The translations under genes and the position numbers were made by a program. A stretch of 64,000 nucleotides of DNA. Source: Planctomycetota bacterium (GTDB lineage: Bacteria; Planctomycetota; JAJSAM01; JAJVHW01). Positions 55,991 to 64,000 of this stretch are shown here, one piece after another. Each line of letters begins with the position of its first letter. Within the stretch, counting starts at the first letter, position 1. The notes under the pieces were generated by a model. It was not told where the DNA came from. It worked only from the letters and a program-made list of their open reading frames with translations, and made no database searches. Where the stretch lies: positions 96,001 to 160,000 of the forward strand of contig CBDFJG010000003.1 of NCBI GenBank assembly GCA_965248445.1, in the 5' to 3' direction.

Positions 55991-56941
55991 ATGCCGCATC
56001 CAGCCCATCTCTTCGCCCAGCAGTACGGCTCTTCGACGCCGCAGGCGGTGCACGTGGCCGGTCAGCAGCCGGCGGGCGCCATCGCGCCGGGTTCACGCGG
56101 CCAGCCCGCGCCGGGCGCTCCTGGGTCGGGACAGGCCCCGCCCGCGAATCCGGGTACGGGCATGCCGCCGTGGATGGCGGGACCCGCGGAAGCGTCGATG
56201 CCGGGCTTCAGCCGCCCGCAGACGGGCTTCAACGGGCAGGACTTCGGGTCGCCAGCGGGTCCGATGAACATCCACAACATCCGCGCGCGCACGGCGGGTC
56301 TCGGCGGCGGGTTCCCCCCGCAGCTCGGGGGGCTCGGGCAGCAGATGGGCCCGATGCGCGGCGCCGGCGGACCGGCGTCTCCTGGGATCGTGGCGACTCC
56401 GAACGCGCCGTCACCGATGGGCGCTCCGACGTTGGGGCAGCCGCCGGCGGCGGTCGGCGATCGCAGTATGCAGACGGGCGCGTACATCGCGCAGGAGCAG
56501 CCGCAGCCGATGGGGACTCAGGTCCCGCAGACCGGGAACGCGATGGCCGCGATGGCGCAGCAGGCGGCGGAGGCGCTCATGGGCGCGCCGGGCGGCGGGA
56601 TGCCGATGCAGGCGCCGGGCGGCGGCACGGACATGACGGGGTTCGCGCCCACGCCCGAGCAGCAGCAGGCCGCGCAGATGGCGCAGCAGCGCGACGCCGC
56701 GATGGCCGCGTTCAAGGCGTCGCAGCTCCAAGGGCAGCCGGGAGCCGCGCCGATCCCGACCAACCGTTTCGACCCTTCGGCCCAGATGGGGCGACCGGGT
56801 GCTCCGGCTCCGGGCGGACTGGACGCACGCGGGACGCAGGGCGCCGACCCTCGCGAGCGAGCGCGCCAGGCCGCACTGGCACCGATGGGTCGACAGGGAC
56901 CCGGGCGTCCCGAGCTCCTCGGCGCGGGTACGGGCGGACGC
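55991..56941 (+). pseudogene. G/P/Q/M-rich putative DNA-ejection protein, truncated by an IS66 end fragment
   Basis: low-complexity ORF running into the inverted IS left end. Confidence 0.55.
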
Positions 56942-57053
56942 ACGGGTCAGGCGCTCGACCAGATCACGCAGCTCATCGGTGCCCACATCCGATTCATCGA
57001 CCGAACGGAAAGCGATCTGGATCCGAGCTCAGAACCAAGGGCTGAACGGGTAC
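56942..57053 (-). mobile_element. isolated 112-bp left end of IS66 element C, inverted
   Basis: exact reverse complement of 59884-59995. Confidence 0.92.
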
Positions 57054-57132
57054 CCCGGGGGGACCCATCTCGCGCAGGCTGTGCCGGCTGAACCGAAACG
57101 GAGATCCGAAAAATCGAAAACCGAGGATCGCG

Positions 57133-57777
57133 ATGCCGGTGAGCAAGCCGGGCGGCCGGTGGGAGTGGACCCGTGGCGAGGACGAGATTGTCCAGGCGCT
57201 GCGGGTTGCGGGCGTGTCTGCGGACCGTACAGCGGATGCGATTGGGTGCGAGCCGCGGTCACTGATTGCGCGGTACGGGGACGTGTTCGGTGCGCCGCGG
57301 ACGGAGACGCACGAGCGGGCATTCACGGAGAACGAGGTGAAGACGGCGGTCGAGATGAAGGCGCACGGGATCGCGGAGCGTCACATCGCGAAGGTGCTGG
57401 AGACGTCGATCACGACGTTGCGGAAGCACCTCGGGGACAAGCTGGCGGTGGCGGAGGCGAACTTGGTGCACGAGGTCGCGCGCGCGCTGGCCGTGAAGGC
57501 GAAGAAGGGCGACACGAAGGCGATGATGTTCTTCCTGGAGAAGCGCGGCGGTGCTGCGTGGCGGGACCGTACGCACGTGGTGCACGAGGGCGTCGGTGTG
57601 CTGGTGCCGCCCGGGATGCTGACGGCGGACGCGTGGATTGCGTCGCACAGCCCGACGGCGCTCGAGGGCGGCGGTGCACGGCCGATTCTCGACGTGGAGC
57701 CGGACGCTGTCCGCGACGGGGAGGATGCGCCAGAGGAGGTGGCGCGCCTCCCCCGCCGGGAAGTCGACGCTGCGTGA
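57133..57777 (+). CDS. terminase small subunit-like HTH protein (second phage)
   Basis: HIAKVLETSITTLRKH HTH; KAKKGDTKAMMFFLEKRGG..W; precedes TerL. Confidence 0.75.
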   Translation: MPVSKPGGRWEWTRGEDEIVQALRVAGVSADRTADAIGCEPRSLIARYGDVFGAPRTETHERAFTENEVKTAVEMKAHGIAERHIAKVLETSITTLRKHLGDKLAVAEANLVHEVARALAVKAKKGDTKAMMFFLEKRGGAAWRDRTHVVHEGVGVLVPPGMLTADAWIASHSPTALEGGGARPILDVEPDAVRDGEDAPEEVARLPRREVDAA

Positions 57778-59387
57778 GCACGGCGGCTCTTCCGGGCGTG
57801 GGTGTGGACGAGCAGCGCGAGCTCGAGGACGGTGTGCGTGCCGCGCGTGCTTCGGAGTTGTCGCGTGCGTCGAGGTCGGTGAACGGCGCGAAGGTGATCT
57901 GGGCGCCGTTGCCCGGTAGCCAGGAAGCGTTCCTGCAGTGCCCGCTGTTCGAGGTCCTGTACCACGGGAGCCGGGGCGGCGGGAAGACGGACTGCCTGCT
58001 GATGTCGTACGCGCAGCACGTCGGACGCGGGCATGGGCCGGCGTGGCGCGGGATCTTGTTCCGTCAGTCGCACCCGCAGCTGGCGGACGTGATCGCGAAG
58101 TCGCAGGAGTGGTTTCCGCGGATCTTCCCCGGTGCGCACTTCAACATGAGCCGCACGGAGTGGAAGTTCCCCGACGGCGAGATGCTGCTGTTCCGGCACA
58201 TCGCGCAGCCGGCGGACTACTGGTGCGTGCCGGACGGCGACGTCCTGACCGAGCGCGGCTGGGCGCCGATCGAGGACGTGCGTGTCGGCGAGCGGGCGCT
58301 CACATGCGACCTCGAGACGATGCGCGTCGAGCTGCTTCCGGTCCGGGAACGGCCGGCCTTCGACTACGACGGTGACATCGTCGAGTACGAGGGCCGCGGA
58401 CGGTTCATGTCGTTCACGCCGAACCATCGGCTCGTGACCGCCGATCGAGAGCTCGTCCCGTACTGCGAACTGCCGCGCGAGGCGTCGATCTGCCGTGGCG
58501 GGTGGTCCGTGCAGCGCGAGGGGATCGAGTCGTTCGATATCCCGGCCGTCGAGACGCGGATCCCGTGCGGACAGCCGACGTCGATGAGCGGCGACGACTA
58601 CTGCGAGTTCATGGGCTGGTATCTCGCAGAGGGGTCGACCGTCAAGACGCCCGATCGCACCGGCAGGCTGTCGAACATCATCAGCATCGCGCAGAAGAAG
58701 ACGGACCGCCGCGCGAAGATCGCCGCACTGCTGGATCGGGTTGGGATCGGCCACAGGGCGACGGACACACAGTTCGTCTGGTCTTCGAAGCGCTGGGCGA
58801 CCTGGCTCCGGGAGTACGGTGGGTTCCAGCAGAAGTTCATCCCGCGCAACATCATCGAGTCCGCGAGCGCCGCGCAACTTCGGCAGTTCCTCGACGCGTT
58901 CATCGACGGAGACGGGACGCGCCAGGGCGATCGCCTATACGCGTTCACGTCGTCGCCGGGACTGCGCGACGGAATCTGCGAGGTCGGTGTCCTGCTCGGG
59001 TACGCGCCTCACGTGCTCGTGCGCCATCGTGACGAACGCCAGGTCTCGTACCAGATCTCCCTGAACCCACGATCGAGCCATCGCCTCTACACCGACAACC
59101 GCGAGCGGAACATCCGCGAGAACAGCGCGAAGACGCAGGTGACCCGTCGTCACCACAAGGGTCGCGTGTACTGCCTGAGCTTCGCGCGGAACCACACGTT
59201 CTTCATCCGCCAACGCGGGTCGGTCTGGCTGTCGGGAAACTCGTATCACGGCCATGAGCTGCCGTGGATCGGGTTCGAGGAGCTGACGAACTGGAACACC
59301 GACGAGTGCTACACGCGGATGTTCTCTTGCAGCCGGTCGTCGCGGAGCGGCATGCCGCGGATGGTGCGGGCGACCACGAACCCGTGA
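57774..59387 (+). pseudogene. terL: terminase large subunit with intein, truncated after the ATPase coupling motif
   Basis: HGSRGGGKT Walker A, IGFEEL Walker B, RATTNP then stop; no nuclease domain. Confidence 0.85.
58224..59240 (+). mobile_element. intein with LAGLIDADG homing endonuclease (339 aa)
   Basis: N-terminal C-VPDGDVLTERGW, TPNHR block B, FMGWYLAEG and FLDAFIDGDG, VYCL..SGN|S C-terminus. Confidence 0.9.
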
Positions 59388-59474
59388 TCGCGCAGGCACT
59401 CCGACGGCTGCGGCGATCGTGATTGAGTGCTGGCATGGCAGTGCCTGAGTAGAGTTGCGTGACTGGAGGACCCC

Positions 59475-59781
59475 ATGCCGAAGAGAAGGAACGAGTCCGC
59501 CGCGATGTTGGCGGATCTGAAGTCGCGGCTTGCGAATCTGGTCGAGGTGGCCGGTGGCCGTGGCCGAGGGACGCGCGGGCGCGCTGAGTGAGGTGCGCTC
59601 GCTTGTAAGGGGCGGTGGACGCCGCTCAGGGGCGAAATCGGCGCGTGGGAGGAAGCCAACGAAGCGCAGATCGAAGAAGAAGCGCAAGAACCCATGGGTC
59701 GGATTGACGTCTGCGCAGCGCCTAAAGCGCATCAACGCGATGCGAAAGGGCAGAGGATTGCCGCTCAAGAGGTCGCTGTAG
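59475..59781 (+). CDS. small very basic protein, apparently frameshifted near 59550
   Basis: GGAGGA RBS + MPKRRNES..; continues in frame 59530-59781 with a K/R-rich tail. Confidence 0.5.
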
Positions 59782-59883
59782 GGAAGGCAAGCGTTTGACA
59801 CGTTACTTGAATGGACCTAGATTCTTTGTTCGTCGAAACGCGCGCGACGGCACTCGCACGACGCGCTGCGACGGACATGAGCC

Positions 59884-61415
59884 GTACCCGTTCAGCCCTT
59901 GGTTCTGAGCTCGGATCCAGATCGCTTTCCGTTCGGTCGATGAATCGGATGTGGGCACCGATGAGCTGCGTGATCTGGTCGAGCGCCTGACCCGTCGTCT
60001 GGACGCTCGGGACGAGACGATTGCCGAGCAGGCGGAGGTGATCGAGCGGCAGGCGGCACGGATCGACGATCTCGAGAGCCGTCTTCGCCGGGACTCCCGC
60101 ACCTCCTCGCGCCCACCGTCCTCGGATCCGTCGTGGTCCAAGAAGCGGCGGCGGCGCAAGCCGCCGTCGGACAAGCGCCAGGGTGCGCAGCCCGGCCACA
60201 AAGGGGCGACGCGCAAGCTCGTGGACGAGTCCGAGGTCGATGGCGTAGAGGACCACCGCCCGCGCGAGTGCAGCGCGTGTGGGAGCGACGTGCTCGTCCC
60301 GATCGATCGCGCCCCGACACGCCAGCAGGTCTTCGAGGTCCCGCCACGGCTGATCCAGGTGACCGAGCACCGGTTGCACCGGGCACGGTGCACGGACTGT
60401 GGCGCCACGTCCACTGCCTCGCTGCCAAGCGGTGTGACGGCGAGTCCCTTCGGCCCGCGACTCTGTGCGCTCACCGCGGCTCTGGTCGGCGTCTTCCGCC
60501 TGTCGCGGCGCGAGACCAGTCGTCTGTTGCGTGACGTCATCGGCGTCTCGATGTCACCGGGCACGGTCAGTGCGATCGAGGAGCGGGTGTCGGGAGCCAT
60601 CTCCTCAGCGCACATCGAGGCCCTCGGGGCCGTACGCACGAGCAGCGTCGCCTATGTAGACGAGACACCGTGGTCGCGTCGTGGCACGCTGCATTGGCTG
60701 TGGAGCGCGGTCTGTGAGCACGCCACGGTCCATCGTATCGATCGGCGCAGGAGCGCCAAGGCCATGCGGCGACTCGTGGGCAAGCGCTTCAGGGGCGTCC
60801 TCGTGACCGACCGTATGGGCGCTTACGACCAGCATCCCACCGAGCGCCGCCAGATCTGCTGGGCGCATCTCGAGAGGGACTTTCGAGCGCTGGCCGAGGG
60901 CTCGCGCGGCGGCCGGCGCTTCGGCAAGCAGGCCGTGCGTCTCGCCCAGGCTGTCATGCGAGCTCAGCGTCACTTCGGCGAGCACGGGGACCGCGACCGC
61001 ATGCGGCGTGAGCTGCGTCTCACATGGGACCGACTCCTGACGCTGCTCGTGCGCGGCGCAGACAGCAAGCACCGCCGAGTACGCGGAACGACTCGGCATC
61101 TGCTCGACCGAGCGGAGGCTCTGTGGACCTTCGCCGACGTCCCTGGCGTCTCCCCGACGAACAACGCCGCTGAGCGCGCGGTGCGCAAGCCGGTCCTGTG
61201 GAGACGCGCAACGCACGGAAGTCAGAGCGAGCGCGGACTCCGCTTCGTCGAGCGCATCCTGACCGTCACCGCCACGCTCCGCCAGCGTGGCGAGAGCGTC
61301 TTCGATTACCTCGCAGACGTCAGCGCGGCACTCGCGCACAACCGCTCGCCGCCGGCTCTCGTCGCGCTCCCGATCACGCGCTGAGGCCGCGGATCGTCAT
61401 ACCCTGAACGGGTAC
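59884..61415 (+). mobile_element. IS66-family element C
   Basis: IRs GTACCCGTTCAG / CTGAACGGGTAC; no TSD. Confidence 0.92.
59951..61384 (+). CDS. tnpC: IS66 family transposase
   Basis: SSRPPSSD, DET, QICWAH, PTNNAAERAVR. Confidence 0.95.
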   Translation: MGTDELRDLVERLTRRLDARDETIAEQAEVIERQAARIDDLESRLRRDSRTSSRPPSSDPSWSKKRRRRKPPSDKRQGAQPGHKGATRKLVDESEVDGVEDHRPRECSACGSDVLVPIDRAPTRQQVFEVPPRLIQVTEHRLHRARCTDCGATSTASLPSGVTASPFGPRLCALTAALVGVFRLSRRETSRLLRDVIGVSMSPGTVSAIEERVSGAISSAHIEALGAVRTSSVAYVDETPWSRRGTLHWLWSAVCEHATVHRIDRRRSAKAMRRLVGKRFRGVLVTDRMGAYDQHPTERRQICWAHLERDFRALAEGSRGGRRFGKQAVRLAQAVMRAQRHFGEHGDRDRMRRELRLTWDRLLTLLVRGADSKHRRVRGTTRHLLDRAEALWTFADVPGVSPTNNAAERAVRKPVLWRRATHGSQSERGLRFVERILTVTATLRQRGESVFDYLADVSAALAHNRSPPALVALPITR

Positions 61416-61493
61416 CTTGCAGGCGGGCGCAGCGTGCGTCCGCCGCTCTGCAGGCAGAACAGCCAGAACAGCCAGAACAGATCAACCGCGCCG

Positions 61494-62059
61494 ATGAGCC
61501 CGACCAGCCTGCCCCACGTCATCCTCCCAGCCGGTGCGCAGGCGGCCGGCGGGCAGGGGGCGGCCGTGAGTGACGGTCGGCGGGCCCTCTACGAGACACT
61601 CGTGACGCGGCACGCCGCTCTCCTCGAGCGGGTGTCACGACGGCTCTGCCGAGACGGCGCGGCAGCGGACGACATCGTGCAGGACACGTACGTCGAGGCC
61701 TGGCGATCGATCGACTCGCTGCGCGACACCGCGAACGCCCGGCCCTGGCTGCTCGCCATCCTCCGTCACCGCTTCGCGCGCTGGGCGCGCACCGCCGCCC
61801 GCACACCGAGCCCGTCCGCAGACGCCGCGACGTTCTGACCCGCATGGCAGACCGCGAGGCGCTCGACGACGCGCTTGCGTCACTGCCCGGCGCGTTCCGC
61901 GAGGCGCTCTTGCTCGTCGTCGTGGACGGGCTGACACCTGCCGAGGCGGCGCAGTTCCTCGGCGTGGCGCACGGCACCGTGCTCTCGCGCGTACATCGCG
62001 CCCGCCGTCTGCTGCGCGCGAGGCTGCTCGACGGCAACCGGACAGGAGACTCTGGATGA
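61494..62059 (+). pseudogene. ECF RNA polymerase sigma factor, frameshift near 61830
   Basis: region 2 ADDIVQDTYVEAW..WLLAI in one frame, region 4 LP..FREAL..GTVLSRVHRAR in another. Confidence 0.8.
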
Positions 62060-62728
62060 GTCACATCGACGAGAGACTGCTTGCCCGGCTCGAGACCGCT
62101 TCCGTGTTGCCGCGGGACGACCCCGAGCGCGTTGCGCACAGCGCTCGCGCGCCCTGCGCCGGGTCCGGCCAGGATCGCGGCTCTGCGCGCGGTGCCGGAC
62201 AGTGCGTCGCTTTCGGCGCCCGCACTCCGCGGGCGGCGACTTCTGGTCGCGGCCGCGCTCGTGGCTGCCGCGCTCGTGGTCGGCTTCGCCATCGGAACTG
62301 GCGGAACCGGCGGCACGGGCGGTGACAGCATGCACACGCTGGCGCGCACGGTGGCTGCCGATCACGCGCTGGACCGGCACACCACGATCGAGACCGACGA
62401 CGCCATGGCGCTGGCCGAACACGTTCGTGGCCGGCTGCCCTTCGAGTACGCGTTGCCCGATCTCCTGCCGCTCGCGGTCGCGGGCGGACGCTGCTGCTCC
62501 GTCGGAGGTGAGCCGGTGGCGTTCACGCTGCTGCAGTCCGGCACGGAGCCGGTCTCGCTGTTCCAGTTCGTCCCCGAATCGCTCGGTGTGTCTGCAGATC
62601 ACGCTCCGAAGCACTTCCGGATCGACGACGTTCCCGGCTCCGCGGGGCCGGTCTTCGTGCGCGTCTGGTGCGAGGGCGGTGCGGGATACGCGCTCGTGGC
62701 AAGCGAGCGCAGCGCACTACCCGAGTGA
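62056..62728 (+). pseudogene. anti-sigma-like membrane protein, frameshift near 62130
   Basis: ATGA overlap with sigma; TM helix; GGRCCS..VA...VSLF periplasmic motif in the second frame. Confidence 0.7.
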
Positions 62729-62734
62729 CGCCGG

Positions 62735-63997
62735 TCAGTCCGGGACGACGATGTCGGAGCGCGCGTCGATCACGGCGTCGAACGTCTTGAACTTGCCACC
62801 GGCTCGCGGCCGCACGCCAACTCGGTAGCGCACGCCGTCTTCCAGGATCGGGAGCGTCACGCGTCCCATGCCGTCGGTCTGGTAGACCTGCACACCAATC
62901 GGTACGGCGACACGCGAGTCTGCGATGTAGCGGCGGAACTCGACCTGCACCCCGGCGACGACCGTCCCTGACTCGGTACGGAACGTGACCGTCATCGGGT
63001 TGGCTGCAGGCAGGATCGCGTGCTCGAATCCAGACAGCTTCTGTCCCGGCAGGATGTCGCGAAGGCTGTCCGCCGACGCGGAGATGACCGCGGGGGGGCG
63101 GTCGTACGAGGTCGCGACGAGCACGACGCGCGTGGCGGGGAGCGGCACAGTCACGTTGTATCCCGTCGTGAACTGCCCGGCGCCGCGGAGGATCACGTAC
63201 GGCATGCCGTTGTCCTCGCCGGTCTCCTCGATCTGCCCCGGGGCGTTCAGCTCCGCGAGCCGGACGGCCGACGGCGACCAGACGACGAGCTTTGCCAGCG
63301 AGGACCAGCTCTGCGGCCCGCTTTGGCCGGGACGCTGCACCTGCGCGGTGCCCACCACCGAGGCCCAGGGCTCGAGCCGAATCTCGCCCACGTCGAACAC
63401 GGGATGGCCGCGTGCGCTGCGCCTGGATTCGGCCGTCACCGTGGCCGGCGCGTGCCCTCCCGCCCACACGTCGACGGACACGGCGACGGCCCGTCGGGCG
63501 CCAGGCCGCACGACCGAGATCCTCCCCCCCGTCGCACCGCGCTGCTGGTGCGGCACGAGGTCGGCACTGCGGGTGCGCGTTCCGCCGTCCTCGAGAGTGA
63601 AAGTCGCGCGGACGACCACGGGATCGAGCTCCCGGCCGTCGGCGGCGCTGAGTAACACCCCGGTCACCGTGTCGCCGATCGTCAGCGTAACGCGCTTGTG
63701 TTCGCCCCGTCGCGCTTCCCGCCACCACCAACCCTCGTGGGCCGTGAGCCCGAGTCTCGGCAGCTCCACGAACAGTTGACTGGAGTAGTTGAACTGACTG
63801 CGCGTCACCCAGAGCTTGGCCCGGCCGCCGGCATCCGTGGTCGTCGTACGCATCGGCCCGCGATGCGTCCTCAGCCGGACCTCCGCCCCCTCGATCGCCG
63901 CGCCGTTCTGATCGGAGACGATCACGACCGCTCGGATCGGCAGGGCCAAGCGCGCGACGACCCAGACGAACGCAACGGCGGCGAGGACGACGGGCAC
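62735..63997 (-). CDS. carboxypeptidase-regulatory-like (Ig/transthyretin) domain protein, start beyond window
   Basis: VSDQNGAAIEGAEV..TTDAGG repeats; open to window edge. Confidence 0.65.
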   Translation of the reverse strand: MPVVLAAVAFVWVVARLALPIRAVVIVSDQNGAAIEGAEVRLRTHRGPMRTTTTDAGGRAKLWVTRSQFNYSSQLFVELPRLGLTAHEGWWWREARRGEHKRVTLTIGDTVTGVLLSAADGRELDPVVVRATFTLEDGGTRTRSADLVPHQQRGATGGRISVVRPGARRAVAVSVDVWAGGHAPATVTAESRRSARGHPVFDVGEIRLEPWASVVGTAQVQRPGQSGPQSWSSLAKLVVWSPSAVRLAELNAPGQIEETGEDNGMPYVILRGAGQFTTGYNVTVPLPATRVVLVATSYDRPPAVISASADSLRDILPGQKLSGFEHAILPAANPMTVTFRTESGTVVAGVQVEFRRYIADSRVAVPIGVQVYQTDGMGRVTLPILEDGVRYRVGVRPRAGGKFKTFDAVIDARSDIVVPD

Positions 63998-64000
63998 GAA

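Larger units (their letters stand above)
29183..56941 (+). mobile_element. prophage A (tailed dsDNA phage, podovirus-like gene order), no integrase seen
   Basis: dense overlapping small ORFs, TerL, portal, scaffold, capsid, adaptor/nozzle-like genes; no tape measure, sheath or tube gene recognised. Confidence 0.85.

Noticed and set aside
26333..61415. Clean composite transposon formed by IS elements B and C
   Set aside because: Copies are diverged, B lacks its outer IR tip, and no flanking TSD is present

Overview
High-GC DNA from a member of the Planctomycetota; the 16S carries the Pla46 signature GGATTAGGCATGCAAGTC. Bases 1-24.6 kb are core genome: miaB, ribD, ndk, aspS, an Ig-like surface protein, infC-rpmI-rplT-pheS-pheT, a probable 6S RNA, an L,D-transpeptidase, nnrE, a linked 16S-23S-5S operon with a tRNA-free spacer, then tRNA-Ile(GAT) and tRNA-Ala(TGC). 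From 24.7 to 61.4 kb is an accessory region with three single-ORF IS66-family elements and two exact inverted fragments of them. It also holds a ~28-kb tailed prophage with no visible integrase or att site (DUF5131, a Tad1-like anti-defence sponge candidate, a small serine recombinase, terminase, portal, scaffold, capsid, short-tail-type genes) and a second, truncated terminase module with a LAGLIDADG intein. The right end has a frameshifted ECF sigma/anti-sigma pair. Top leads are the Tad1-like protein, the IS66-bounded mosaic prophage, the inverted IS fragments (antisense/foldback versus misassembly) and a covarying REP-like hairpin repeat. Several single-base frameshifts and the ~110-120 bp inverted fragments could be assembly artefacts. 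All family assignments come from motif recognition by eye, not database searches.
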